A DNA stretch of 64,000 nucleotides from the human T2T-CHM13v2.0 reference genome, Homo sapiens: assembly GCF_009914755.1 (NCBI RefSeq), contig NC_060927.1, one strand, 5' to 3'. The translations under genes and the position numbers were made by a program. The notes below the pieces were generated by a model. The model had not been told where the DNA came from, made no database searches, and saw only the letters and a list, made by a program, of their open reading frames with translations. Below, piece by piece: positions 13,500 through 29,167 of the stretch (position 1 is the stretch's first letter; every line of letters starts with the position of its first letter).

Positions 13500-15700
13500 T
13501 TAGTACAAATTTTTATTTTTCTTCTTATTTAGTTTGGTTCAATCCTAACTTTTTTCTTCCTGCTCCTTCCTACCTTTCACCATACACACCTAAGGGTACC
13601 CATGTTGAAAACCCAATATATGTCCTTCCATATTTTTTCCTGCATTCATAAATCCTCTTTTTTAAACATGTTTTATATAATTTTTTACTGTTTTATAAAA
13701 ATGAATAAATATTAAGTAGACTTTTGGTATATTGTTTTCCTCATTCAACAATAATATGAACATTTATCTTAATCTAGATTAAATTCATTCTTATTTAAAA
13801 GCTACACGATATTATATATACAATGGAGGTACCATAACATTATTGGTGGACATTTCTTTATACCTACTTTTTACTTCAATACTCATAATGTAATAAATAG
13901 CTTTGTTTGCATTATTCAGCGTTTTATACTAGTGGTCTTATTTTTAATATATATAAAGGCTATAATACTACATTCTCTGTTCATATGCACTACTCTGTTT
14001 ATTTGGCAATGCTATGTAAGTTTATTAGTTGTTTTGATATCTGGTGAGAGTACACTCTTACTTTTCTACTTCTTATTAACTTTCAAGCTATATTAGGCAT
14101 TTAATGCAAATTTTAAGATAATTTCATAAAATTCTAGAAAATATCAGATGTGGTTTAATGTGATTTTAATCAAATTTATACATTTATTTTGAAAAATATC
14201 TCAAAACATACTTTGCTTTTCAGTTGTCTGGACCCTTTAATAATTTCAAATAAGATTCTATAGTGTTCTTCAGCTAGATTCTGCAACTTGTTAGATTAAT
14301 TCCATAGCTTTTAACATTTTCCCTGTTGCAAATTTTATTTTTCATTGCTTATTGCAAGAGTAAAGCTGCTGATTGTCTTGTATTCACATTTTACTTGACC
14401 ACTATCCAATTCTTATTAATTGTAGAATTTTATAAAAGTTTATTTGGTATTGTAAGCATGTAATCCTATCGTAAGGAGATTGGTTCATATTTTCCTTTCT
14501 GTTACTGTTTTAAAAAGATCTTATTTCATTAATAACACAAAAACTATGTTATATAATAATAATAATAGGCATTCTCATTGAGCTCTTGTTTTAATTGATA
14601 TGTTTTTAGTGTATCATTACTTGGATAACATTTTCTGTTGAGTTTTCATAGATTTCATCTTATTTATGTAGATTTTCACTATTCTTGTTTTACAAGGAAT
14701 ATTTATTACCCATGGCAGTTCAATTTTATGTGATTTTCTTAACATGTATTAATATTATAGTACAGTTTTCTTATTGATTAATATAATACCTTATGTAGAA
14801 AAAATGACCGATATTGAACTAACTTTGCATTCTCAAAATAAACCCTAAGTGGTTTTATCATTTTATATGTTAACTTTTTGCATCTTTATCAAAACCAATG
14901 TTTCTCTTAACCTGTTTTTAGTACCATCTTTATCACATTATAAGTTATATTGGTTTGACAAAATTATTAAGAGGTTTTTCTTCTGCCTATATCCTTCTTC
15001 AATCCTTAAATGCTCCAACTTTACCCCTCAATTATACAGTTTTCCACTCTCTCTTCAGTGGCTGTATTCTGCTGGGAGTCAATTGGACTTGACCATTGTC
15101 TCTCTGACTGTCAATTGTACAGGTTTGTTTTCATTGATGATTCAGTGAAACTCAGGTATGGTTTTTGGAGTACCTTTCAGTGGTCCTGAAATTGAAGGAA
15201 AGAAAGTTTTTCTCCATCCCCCACACCATCCCAGTACTGGTAGTTTATAAATAAGGAGGCTTTTCTCTCCTTCCTCTCACAAACTTCCCTTCAATCTCCT
15301 AGATTTGCCAAGCTCCAAGGGCAAATAGGCATAGCCCAATTCAGTTCATTCTTTATTTTGAGGGAACCAGGGAAATCAAATCATTTACATGGGATTGCTA
15401 TTGATTATTCTTGTGTAACGATAGGCACAGAATTCCCCGATAGCCATTTGCTTCTTCTTTTCATTTCTACCCTTGTTCTCCCATTACTTTCTCTCCTTCA
15501 AATATTTTTCTAGAAACTGAAACAGGGTCTGAGTTTGCATGCATCCTGTTGCTCATTACAGCCACTTGGCATAAGAGGCAAAGGGACTTGTACTTGGGAA
15601 GAAAAGAAAAAGAAAAAGAAAAAGAAATTTGTATTCATTTTATCATGTTGCCAGTTTTCTCCACTATTTCACTTCTAACAGTCTCTATTACCTTCACAAA
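13500..15700 (-). mobile_element. Ancient L1ME-type fragments
   Basis: very T-rich, with antisense L1 phrases (ttgatatctggtgagag, attgaactaactttgcattctcaaaataaaccc). Confidence 0.6.
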
Positions 15701-18227
15701 AAAAGTACATGAAAAACTTAAGGATAATTTTTTTTTGTTAATCATTGCATAAAATTTATCAATCTCCTCCTAAATACGTAATAATTTATATGGAGAAAAA
15801 ACATGTACTTTTTATGATTCATTTTAACTATTTTTAAGGATTTATTTGTAAATAATTTTCTGAAAAACAAAAAGCTCTGTTTAGTGTATCCTTAATGATG
15901 TGTGCCTATTTCTGCTAGGGTAAAGACATGATTTAATCATGAAAATATAGGAATTGCTCATCATACGGAAACTACAACAACATGTGTGGTTTATAGAAAA
16001 AGCTGTTCTTCAGATTGTCTTTCAGTACATTTTCTGATGGTAATGTTGCCAAATATAGCAGTTACATTTATTGCTAAGCTGACAAAACCTACTGAACCAA
16101 ATATAATTGAAGTATTTTACTTTCATAATAATATACTAGGGCTTAATATCTATTTAAAAGAATGATTCTTTAAAAGAACACATGCTTTTATTTCAGATGC
16201 AGTACCAGTTTCATCTCTCTTCAGTGAGAGAACTAAGCAATTCCACTCCTTTCTTACTGCCCCTACCTGCTGGCAAATGAGATTGACAGTTCTCCATCCC
16301 GTGGCTCAGAGGGTCTGGGATTTAAGAACAGGCTCCTGTAGCCCAGTTAATCTAAGGAGACATCTTAGTTTGGTCCTGAATCCCTGCTCTGCCTAATCTT
16401 CTGTCTGCATATTCTCCATAAATGTGAGCCTTTCCCACGCAAAGAACATCTTATATTTTGTATTCCCAAAACATAAAGCTCTTATTTGCCTCTATGATAC
16501 CACCATCTTTTATTTCTGATTCATGTTTCTCTTGCCCATGACTAAGTCTGGTAGAGGGATCCTTTAATACTTCTTCTTCTTTTCTCCAAACTGCATAGTT
16601 GCTTGACAGTTAATGAAAGTATTATCCTATAAGTAATGGAAAGTGATTAAGTTTTTTGTTTGTTTTTAGGAAACATACAGGCTACCTCCAAACTTTTTCT
16701 TTCTTTCTGTTTTTTAAACATGACTATTACTGGAAGAATGACTTTGTTTCAGAGTTTCGCTTAATTTCAGTCTCTCTTAGACATTACTTTGCAAGGATAT
16801 GGGTTAGATAAACGAGTGGGAGTATATTGAGAGATTGATGTTTTATCCCAGCCACTATGTAGGAGATGACTGAGGAAGAGTCACAGTTTTCCTCTCTGCT
16901 CTTCAGTTCCTCTACCACATGTCCTATTTGTCAGAAAGGGGAGGCGTTATAATCGGGATGAAATTAAGGTGAAGAGAAACAAAAGGACAAGGCAATCACG
17001 TATAGGGGGCACACAAGAGAAAAAAAGTCGGAAACTATCAAGGGAGACTCGTGTAGAGTTAAAGAAGGCTTATGATCTGACACTTGAAAAAATATATATT
17101 TTTAACATTTACATTTTCAATTATCAGAATTTCTTGAGGATACTATGGTTTGTTCCCATTAGTCCAAATAATAAAGTCTTATTTTAAAAGCATAGAAGAG
17201 TCAATACCAAGCTAGATATGACCCAAACCCACATTTTCAGACCTCTCCTTCAGTCCCTTTTCACTGTCCTGGCCTTTCTGGGGCTTACCTCATTAAAAAC
17301 AATATCCCTTATCCTTTCCACCAGGATACTGCCATTGCTGAAAATTATAACTCATATGTAAAAACCCAAAATATAATGAGAATCTTTTGTTGTAGTTTTT
17401 CTCGACATAAATTACTATGACTGTCTTACATGCTTCTTATTTCTGCTCCTCATTCAGCCATCATTTATGAGTGCGGAGTTACTAGAATGTTATCCTTTAA
17501 AGACTTTGATGTAAATATTTGTCAGAATCAGTACAGTAAAATCTGTTACTCATGTTTCCCAAGTTTAGTTCCTGGAGTTACCTCAATTTTTCATCTCTTA
17601 ATGGCTTTATTTTTCTCATCAAGGGATAGTTTTGAAGACAAGTATAAGAACTGATAGCTATCAATAAAATCTTTCATTTGTTTTTCTTCTCCATGGTTTG
17701 CATTTATTATAGCAACCACACAGATAATGAACTGCTTCTCTCAAATTCAGTGAGTCTATGGACAATTGATTATTGTGGTCCACAGGTGATTATAAAAAGC
17801 CTTTATAAGATCTACTAATAATTCTCATGTCAAAAACTGACATTCATAAAATTATTATTACTTAACACCAGAAATAAACTTTTTCTTTTAATAATATATT
17901 TGCACAAAATTATATTATTTGACATAAGTATTTATGTATGTTTTATAACCAAATACGCATAAGATATATTACATATATATAAATTCAATGCAATATATGT
18001 AGATGTTGGACATGTTACATACATTTTACATAAAATAACTTTAATAAAATATAATGCCCTAATAGCAATAACGATTTGCAAATAAGTTCTTGATTCATTA
18101 GGTTATTTAGCTGCACAGACACATATTATACATAACTGACAATTAATTTATTCGGTGGTATCTGATAATAATAATTATTATTAAGTAAAGGGTACCTGGC
18201 ACATAGTATGTAATATATATATATAAT

Positions 18228-18416
18228 TGCTAATTCATTTGATCTGAAGAATAACACTGTAATAGATGCTGTTGTTGTTATCCAGTTTACAGATGATGAA
18301 ACTACGGCACAGAGAAGTTAAATAACCTGCTCAGGACACAGAAAGTAAATGGCCTTGTTGAAATTAGACCTTAGGCAGTCTGAACTCCAAAATCTGTTTT
18401 CTTAACCATGTTGCTA
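18228..18416 (-). mobile_element. MIR SINE
   Basis: ccagtttacagatgatgaaactacggcacagagaagttaaataacctgctcagg, MIR core. Confidence 0.85.
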
Positions 18417-18649
18417 CACAGTCTCTATTATTATAATTTCTTAAATGTCCATCCCTTTTCTCCAATATGTTATAGATTTTAGTTTATCCTTTTTCCTCTC
18501 TATATTGGTATCTCTCTGTTTGACTACAAATATATTAAATGACTCATTTTGAATTCATATTTGGTTAAGATCCATTTATAATTCTGAATAAATTTAGACT
18601 TTATGAAAAATGTTATTCAGTTATACACGCCTAAGGGAGAAAGCCAACA

Positions 18650-18810
18650 GGTTTTCTTCCTCCTGCTAGAATGCAAGCTTCAAAGAAGACAGCATTTTTT
18701 TTTATTTGTTTGTTTGTCTGTTTTGTTAATTACTCTATCCCCAAGTGTCTATAATATTACCTGCATCATAGTTGAATACATGGATGAATGAATGAATGAA
18801 TGGATGGATG
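18650..18810 (+). mobile_element. L2 3' end with (GAAT)n tail
   Basis: ctagaatgcaagctt...tggatgaatgaatgaatgaatgg. Confidence 0.7.
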
Positions 18811-19027
18811 AGCAAGTTAAGGCAGAGGGTGGTAGAGAAGAAAGATAAAAAGAACCTGAGTCCCCAGGAAAGTCATTTAGGCATTACATCAACCACGTTA
18901 CTCCTTCCTTTTTGGGTTCCTTGTTATGTGAAATCATCAATGTCCTTATTTTTTTAACACGTTAATTTTTAAGTTAATTGGATGCCTTTCCTACTTGAAG
19001 ACGACAGTCTTCCTCAGTAAAGCAAAC

Positions 19028-19122
19028 ATTTTAGATTATTACAGTAGAACGAGACTGGATTTTAGATTATTACAGTAGAACGAGACTGGATTTTAGATTA
19101 TTACAGTAGAACGAGATTGGAT
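19028..19122. repeat. Tandem repeat, 3 x 31 bp
   Basis: ATTTTAGATTATTACAGTAGAACGAGACTGG x3 with one substitution in copy 3. Confidence 0.97.
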
Positions 19123-19431
19123 GGCTGTATTTTTTATTTCTCTCATCTTTTGTTCCCCCTCTTTCTTTCTCTCTCTTCTTGTATCCAACAGCAGATATAT
19201 GTAACCAAGCTTATTGGAGTAACAGATACAGTCTGCCCCCATGGATGAGCAGTAGGGACAAAATAAAACTTCTTCCTTTCTGTAAGATTCATTTAACAAT
19301 TTGATAATATTTTTAGGGGGTGCCCATTGTGTGCTGGGGAGTCTAGTAGATCCCCAAGCTGGTATGAGAAGCAGAAATTTATGTAATTGCTACTGTAATG
19401 GAGAAATCTAATGGGAAATAATCATTAATAA

Positions 19432-19827
<396 letters not shown>

Positions 19828-20620
19828 TAATACCATGTTACAAATAAGTCAAAAGTCAAAGAAAAATTGTCAACCTCCAAATTAAGAAAAAAAAACTGCA
19901 AACATTTCTTTGTAAAATTAATTCCTTTCTGTCCTTTGGATGAAGTTTAGTATTTATGGAAAAGAATCAGCACTAAAAATTTAATGTGTTGCTCCAACTT
20001 GGCAGCACACACATTTTGGTACTGTTCCAACTTTAATTCTCGACTAAAATAAAATGTAGTTCACCTACAAAGCAGCATTCTCAGCACAGACCCAGATATA
20101 TCAGTCATTGATGTGACACCATCTAGTAGGAAAAAAACTAGGTGACTGGTTTCACTAACTTTCAGAGTAGAAAGATTCTCAAAACCACAGCCCTACCAAG
20201 TTTGTCAACACAACTTCACAATGTCTTTTTTCCTGCAGCCCTTACACTCAAAACTTTGCATCAAGCAATTTACTTAGATAATCCTTTTACGAACAACTGC
20301 TACTCAGGAGGCACAGAGAAATCACTACCAGAGGTGAAAGGTTACTTTTGGAAATAAAGACCAGAGAAATCACAAGTACAAGTGAAACCTACAACTAAGA
20401 AAGTTTTTACTTAGGAGAGTTGGTTATTCTACTATTTCATATACAATTGTGTATGAGAAGCCTGTTTACTAGGTGGGTTGATTAGAATTATAACTTTCAA
20501 AGTAGTGTTGAAATGAAGGATTTGGTACATTATATGAAGATAATTGATAATTGAATCATTCCTTCAGTCGGATAAAACTAAAATAATGTGCAACCTTTTT
20601 AATTCTTAAAACAATTTCTA

Positions 20621-20886
20621 GTTTAGGTGCAGTGGTTCATGCCTGTAATTCCCGCACTTTGGGAGGCTGAGCAGGGAGAATTGCTTAAGGCCAGGGGTTA
20701 GAGACCAGCCTGGGTAATCATCTCTAAAAAATATATACATATTTTTAAATTAGCTGGGCTTAGTGGCGCACACAGCCTGTTGTCCCAACTACTCTGGAGG
20801 CTAAGGCAGGAGCATTGCCTTGAGCCCAGGGTTTGAGGTTGCAGTGAGCTGCGATCAAATCACTGTACTCCAGCCTCAGTGACAGG
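20621..20886 (+). mobile_element. AluJ, degenerate
   Basis: diverged dimer with J-type ttgagcccagg; internal deletions; no tail. Confidence 0.88.
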
Positions 20887-21084
20887 TCTACTTTGACTGA
20901 AAAACTTTTGAGACATTGACCTTGTATAGTGATCTATTCAAACAGATAGAAATAAACCAAAATAGGATCTTCACTCATTAAAACACACGCTTGCCTCTGC
21001 ATGTGCACTCGCAGACACACACAGTGTCAACAATATGCTAGGACGAGAGAAAAAAGATCAATAGAATTTAACTTCAACTGACAC

Positions 21085-21254
21085 AGAGGAGGGGGTTCTG
21101 GGGAGGGATAAAAGATGACATAATGAGTACAGTGTTCACTGTTCATGGGATGAGCACCCTAAAATCTCAGAACTCACCACTGTACAACTCATTCATGTAA
21201 CCAAACCTCTCCCCTCAAAAAACTGAAACAAAAAAAATAATAATTTTTTCAAAA
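21085..21254 (+). mobile_element. 5'-truncated L1 3' end (L1PB-like)
   Basis: gagtacagtgttcactg...ctaaaatctcagaactcaccact...catgtaaccaaa plus A-rich tail; degenerate TSD agaatttaac(t/c)tca(a/g)ct from 21063 and 21255. Confidence 0.8.
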
Positions 21255-21554
21255 AGAATTTAACCTCAGCTACACTTACTCTCATTTCAGTGTCTGAAAC
21301 TATTCAGTAATTCTTAGTGCGTTGTTTTTTAAATTGACATTTTAACCTAGATCTTCTGAAACCCTTTCAGTACTTGTGTCTTATTCGACATTAGAGTCTC
21401 ATAATTCTAGATTGTTAAAATCAAAAGTTAAGACAAATTTTATTTCGTGTAAAACTTTCAGTTAATCTTTTCAAGAGACTAGCAGTCATGATTTGAGGGG
21501 AAAAGTCTATTTTTACATTTCTTCTCCTTGTCATAAAATATGCTTGGGAGACAG

Positions 21555-21720
21555 AACAACATGAAGAAATAAGTGCTGGACTTGGAATTAGAAAATAAGG
21601 GTTCCAGATTTCCTTCTCAAGAGCTTTGTAAATTTAAACAATTTTCTTAACATCTTGGAGATTTCATTTCTTTCCACTATTTTTGTGAAGATCTAAAATA
21701 ATCATGGAATCATGTTTACA
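21555..21720 (+). mobile_element. MIR fragment
   Basis: agtgctggacttggaattagaa...gggttccagat. Confidence 0.5.
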
Positions 21721-22120
21721 ATGACATAAAACTGGCATGTAACTACTGCTGCTGTTACTGGTAAAATATAGGTAAGCCTAGGTCAAAGTGGTCGGTACAA
21801 GATGTCCTCATTTTAGCCACTCATTGGTCTTCCTAGAGAAGCATTATTTCAGTGCCTTACTCAAGATGTTTTGATTGGGACACTGTTCAAAAAATCTTTG
21901 AAATTTATTAAGTCATTAGCTACTACAAAAACTTTTACTGAATATAAAAAAAACTAATACATCCTCAACAACTTGTAGATGAGTCTGTTGATTTTGCTAA
22001 ACACGAGGCTATTCAAATTCTTCTTTTTTTTTATACACTTATGAAATGATGAGAAAGCAGTACAAGTTTGGTTTGAATGGGCTATGGAAAGGGGCACTTT
22101 TAGAAATCATATACATTGTT

Positions 22121-22468
<348 letters not shown>

Positions 22469-23495
22469 CTAAGTGAATATATATGAGGAAGCATTAATCA
22501 TTAAAATATTTTTCATGTGTTTCCTTTTGAGGAGGGGCATATATCATGTATTTATTTCAAAAAGAGATTTGGGGGGATAAGTCCTTTTTTTGCTTCATTC
22601 GAATACATTAAGTACTCTACTTAAATACTCTCCACAAAATTGTATCCTAAATGATTCTGAGAAAATACATAATTTTAATAGTGTATGTGTTGGCGTGCAT
22701 TTGGAAAGGTTCTATAATCTACCATCTGCACTCCTAAGATAAACAAGTGAGAGGAATTCATTTAGTAACTAAGCAGGAACTTATTTTAAGAAATGAAAAA
22801 GTATGGTACTTGGTGGTAATTTCATTTTCAGGATGAAAAACATAGTTGTGGCACACAACAAACTCCTTTCCAAGGAAATGAAAATGACTGTCAATAAGTA
22901 GTATTGTATTTGTTGCTAAGCACAAGTCTTATTGATCTGACATAACCTTTCCTTTTTACCTCTTAATGATTTATTTGAGTTTCTGAGGAATCTAATGCTA
23001 CTTTGTATTTGCAAGTAAAATTGGAAAACCTTTTCCCCTTAAAATCAGGGGAAAAACATGGCAGTGCCTTTCAAATTTAAACCAAAATACAAGGAAGTTA
23101 CTGTTGGGTTTATTCAAGGAATAAGAAATGGGTTAGAATTGAGCCAGGCAAACCTAGTAATGATCAAGTGATGAAGAAACTATCAAGGCTACACAAAATA
23201 GGCTAGATGAGGACAACTTTGATGTACCCAATCATGTCACTTAATAAAGTGTGTCAGCAGTTCCTATAATTAGAAAAGCACCTTGGCTAAAAATTACATT
23301 TTTCCTAGGTTCTCAGATACATGCTATTACTATCTCCAAGTTTGAAAGATTTTTTTAATTCTCAAAATTCATAAATAAATTTCTTAAATACAAATTATTT
23401 TTGACTGGCAATGCATAAAAGGTAGATATCAAAAGGTTCTATAAGATTTCCAAAAAGACAACAATAACAACAACAACAGTAAAACACAACATTCT

Positions 23496-23652
23496 GCTGG
23501 GTGTGGTGGCGCATGCCTGTAATCCCAGCACTTTGGGAGGCCAAGGCAGGCAAATATGACTTGAGCCCAGGAGGTCAGGGTTGCAGTGAGCTGTAATTGT
23601 ATCACTGCACTCCAGAAGGGCAACAGAGCTGGACCCTGTCTCAAAAAAAAAA
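23496..23652 (+). mobile_element. Alu monomer (FRAM/AluJ-type)
   Basis: single arm with short poly(A). Confidence 0.85.
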
Positions 23653-25407
23653 TATTTTAATTAATCCCCAGTAGGATTTTTTAAGTAGATGTGAAGTTTA
23701 TCATGTAAATTTTCAGATATTGAAACCAAAGACCAATTCTAAAAGCCTAATAAATAAGATATTGAACATTAGACATAGGATCCCATTTTCTTATGCTGAT
23801 TCAGTCTAGTTTTGTGATCCCGAGCAAATTAATTCTCTGTATTTGCTTTCTTCTCTGTAACAGGAAATACTGAATTAGATGCTCCCCAAAATCCTTTAAA
23901 ATACTAGGGAGTTCATGAAATAGCAGCTCCTATTGTCAAATCACAAGTGAAAATTTTTTAGTTCTAGTGATACAATAAGGTTTTATATTCAGAAATAAGA
24001 TACAGATAGTTTTTAAAAATTATATTTATTTGCTTTCTGAATTAATGCTTCTCTTACTTGTAGTTTTTTGCAATAATAATAAAAATCACAGGGACAACCC
24101 AGCACAGATTGTTTAAGAATGTCCATCAAGGAACATAAGTTGTTTAAAAGGCTAAAATGTCATTTGGTAAATAAAATATTTTACAAGCCTATCAACTTTA
24201 TCAGCATGTAATAATCAGTAGCCAATTAATTTCTTAGATGTTCTTACAATTTTTAATCGATAACAGCCAATTGCTCCATTTTCCAATTAAAGACTCTCCA
24301 ATGAATGAGCTAAATAAAACTTCAGAAAGAAATAGGAGTGAACATTATCATATCAGAAACAATTTCATAATTGTTTCATAAGAGAATAATTTATAGATAA
24401 AATTTCCGTTTCACTAAACTTAACGTTAATTAGGCAATGTGTATTCAACTTTAGGCAAAGAAAACTTTTAAACAAAAAGTATTAGGTTTTTGTCTGAATT
24501 TGGAGAAGGGAACTATTAATGACGAATTACTACGTTCACTCTTTACTCTGATATTTGAAATAAAGAAGTACAATGATCCAATCCAGAACCTAGTGAGCTA
24601 AGATTACATTCTTTGTACAGAGGGAGTTTAAAAAAAAAAATAGGTCTTATACGTCCAAAGAGCACACAGATAACTTCTGAGTAACTCAAGCATAAACAGG
24701 AAAGAAATTTGATAGCAAACCTTGGTGGAGGTCCAGATTGAGTCTAATTACTGCCACTCCTTGTGAAAAATTTTAAATTAATAAGGTGGGAGGACAAAGG
24801 AAAAGGCGAAGCATGATGAGCCTTCCGACTTTAAAATCTGAAACTTTGACCCTCTTTCAAAATGTGCCCCTCCCCATAAAACTGCCCGAGTTGATAGATG
24901 AGTGAGCGTTTTAGGTGGTGGGAGAGGTCTTTAGGAGGCGTTTCTCTGGTTATTTCACCTGTGTTGAAGATCGTCATTACGGAGGGAGTCACGCTCTCCC
25001 TACTCGTGAAAGCCTGCAAGCCATTCTAAGGGCATAGCATTCAATGACTCCCTGCTGCTAATTCAAATGAAAAATTATCTGGATCTGTTATTTAGCATCA
25101 ACCAGTTATATGTTCTACCTGTACTATGTGTGTATGTTTTTGTGAGAATATTTATTTAATGTTATTTCTATGTATTATTCTTACTACAATAAAATCGAGA
25201 AAGCTGTGATTCTACATCTAAGAGTATTTTTTTGTATTATAAATCGAGTTAAAACCTAAGATTTTTTTAAGACAAATTAACTCTGGTGAATAAATAAATT
25301 AATGCATTGTAGATGTTTGACAGATTTATTCTGCCTGAAAAACGTGGCAATTACTACAATTCAGCCACTTTTGGGCCACTGCAAGATCATTCCAACTTCT
25401 TTCTAGC

Positions 25408-25722
25408 GAATAATACTCCTTTAGATGAGTAACTGTGAATAATACTCCTTTAGATGAGTAAATGTGAGTAATACTCCTTTAGAGGAGTAACTGTGAATAA
25501 TACTCCTTTAGATGAGTAACTGTGAAAAATACTCCTTTAGAGGAGTAACTGAATAATACTCCTTTAGAGGAGTAACTGTGAAAAATACTCCTTTAGAGGA
25601 GTAACTGTGAATAATACTCCATTACATGAGTAACTGAGTAATACTCCTTTAGATAAGTAACTGTGAATGATACTCCTTTAGATGAGTTACTGTGAATAAT
25701 ACTCCTTTAGATGAGTAAATGT
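25408..25722. repeat. Minisatellite, 11 x 29 bp (two units 27 bp), internally palindromic
   Basis: consensus GAATAATACTCCTTTAGA(T/G)GAGTAACTGT counted unit by unit. Confidence 0.97.
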
Positions 25723-26689
25723 AAAACAAATTGGAATTCAGTTGGGTTAGCAATGCACTTTTGCAAATTAAAATAATAGTTTAAAAAGGAGAATTTATAC
25801 CAAAGCATCTTGTACTGGGAGTTAGTAACAATTACCCTTAAATGTGCATATTCATGGGAATTTTTAAAATGTATCCTCAGTTGCATGGAGAGGGTATTCC
25901 TCTCAGATTAAATAGATTGCACACATCTACCAAGGTTATCAGCATTACATAGATTTCCCTGCTAAGTGCCTTTTGAACTCACCACCAAAAGTAAAAGCCC
26001 TTTCAAGTTCACTAAACTTTTAGAATTAAAATACAATCTCAGAATTTCCCTGCTCAAATATACATTAGAGAGTAGCAGAGAAATAGGAAAGTTTAGTCTC
26101 TTTTGAATGTAACAGCATGTATTTTGCACATTGTTTTTTTTTTTAATTCATGAATAACTGCTACCTATATCTACTGCTGAATCACTAGTGTTGACTTTTC
26201 TGAAGAGCCACTGGAGAAATAATTATTGGATCTTGTTGCCAAGAAAATCTGTGTCATTTCTCAGTAGCTTATAAGCTTTTAACTTAATTTTTGTCAATCG
26301 CTGGGAGGCTGAGTGCAGTTATTGGGACAAATTTATACAACATTGCAGTGCCTTTTGCTATACATATCAATATACAGATACTACTTTTGACTACACCAAG
26401 ATGAAGGAAAATAGAGATAATATTGTTTGCATTTTAGTGAACTTCTTCGATTTGGTTATAAAACAAGCTGACAGGAGCACATGTTGGAAGAAGGGAAAAC
26501 AGAGTAAGAATTTAGAAAGATGAAAAACAGGACAGGGTGTTCTAAGAAGTCAAGAACAGCATCCCATTCTTACTGAAAAGAATGTGTTTTGTATATATTG
26601 TGTTTTACCACTGCCACACTGAGGTGACTATAAAGGAAGAATGAAACCTAATTCACCTTAAATGTCAATATAAGTTTTTCAGAGAAACT

Positions 26690-26952
26690 TCCTCTACCCC
26701 TCTTTAAAATACCAATTTGTAGTTTAAAATACCAATTTGTTAATGTAACACCTTCTTCTTTATAACATTTTCATAACATTCATCACAGTTTGCTGCCTTA
26801 TTTTTGTTTATTTCTTGTTGTTCTCCCCTGCCAGACTGTAAGTTCCATGACAGCTGGGAATATGGCTGTTTTATTTACCACTCTATTCCCCGTGCTTAGC
26901 CATGTCTAGCAAATAATTCACTGTGAAATATATGTGTCAAATACATGAATGA
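26690..26952 (+). mobile_element. L2 3' end
   Basis: ccagactgtaagttccatgacagctggg...cttagc...catgaatga. Confidence 0.75.
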
Positions 26953-27016
26953 TGTGTCTTCTGTGGACTAAGAAACCCACCATAAAAGGATAAAATATGA
27001 AATGACTTTAGCCTTA

Positions 27017-27803
<787 letters not shown>

Positions 27804-27987
27804 TAAGTTATAAAATGTTGCAGAAGATACTTCTTTTTAATAAAGATGGGGTTGCTATAATATGCTGCTCTTTTACTTGACATTTGGACATGAACTACAT
27901 GAATATCTGTACTCGAATGAGACTTGTTTATGCAGCCATCATTAACTTTGGTTAAGAACGTCTGAGTGAAGAAAATGAAATTGTTAG

Positions 27988-28313
<326 letters not shown>

Positions 28314-29167
28314 TGATTTTATTTTAAAAGACATATGAGATAGTATCAAGATTGACGTTTATATATGAATTACTGTGATTAATAAAAGGAGTAAAATCAT
28401 CTAACACCATAACATTTCCTTCTAAGGTTATTCAAAAAGAAAAGAAAAAGAACAAATCCAAAGAAATTACTTAAGTTCAAAAAGAGTGTGAGAACAAGAG
28501 ACCTAGCCTCCCTCATTGTTATCATGGGATACTACACACAGTTGCTTTTTCTTTTTTTCATTTATTAGGGGTTTATAACATGCAAAACACTCGTCCATTT
28601 GAGGAACAGAGAAACTTCTAGTTGAATTTTCTAACCAACTGTCAGCCCATCCTCTCCCCGCAAACAACACATTGACCAAAAAAGCAGACAGATATAGCTT
28701 AAAAGGGGGCCTTTAAATTTTAGTGTCTCTTAAAGGCAGGCGTTGATAATGATAACCGACAAACCAAGGCTGGGCTCATGGACAGGGTGGTATCCGTACC
28801 CGGAGGGGAGAATGCTGCTGCTTGGCATCAGTGCAATAATGATTCTACTTCATTTTTATGTTCTACGTATGGCAATCAAGCCTCCCATTAAAGAAGAAAG
28901 TCTGGTAGTCTGTTGCTTATTATGCACTAGGATCATTGCTATGTGCTTTTTCAGCAAGAGTGATTTCTTTTCTGTCTAGAATTATGCTTTTCCAAGGCAA
29001 CTCTTACCTTGAGAGGATTCAGAAATTGCAATACCTGCAGGCAACACTTAACATGGACATACAAAAAATGAGGTTCTTCCTGACAAGAAAAATGATTGAT
29101 AAGTGTATGCTGAGAAAATCATGAAAACATTAGGAAACCCAAGAAAACTATTCAGTGGAATCAGCGC

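Noticed and set aside
19986-20020. U6 snRNA 5'-like text (ggcagcaca)
   Set aside because: Match is too short and does not extend
24811-24842. C/D-box snoRNA (ATGATGA...CTGA)
   Set aside because: Boxes are only about 25 nt apart and there is no terminal stem
25408-25722. CRISPR array (29-bp palindromic repeats)
   Set aside because: Units are head-to-tail with no unique spacers, there are no cas genes, and the context is primate DNA
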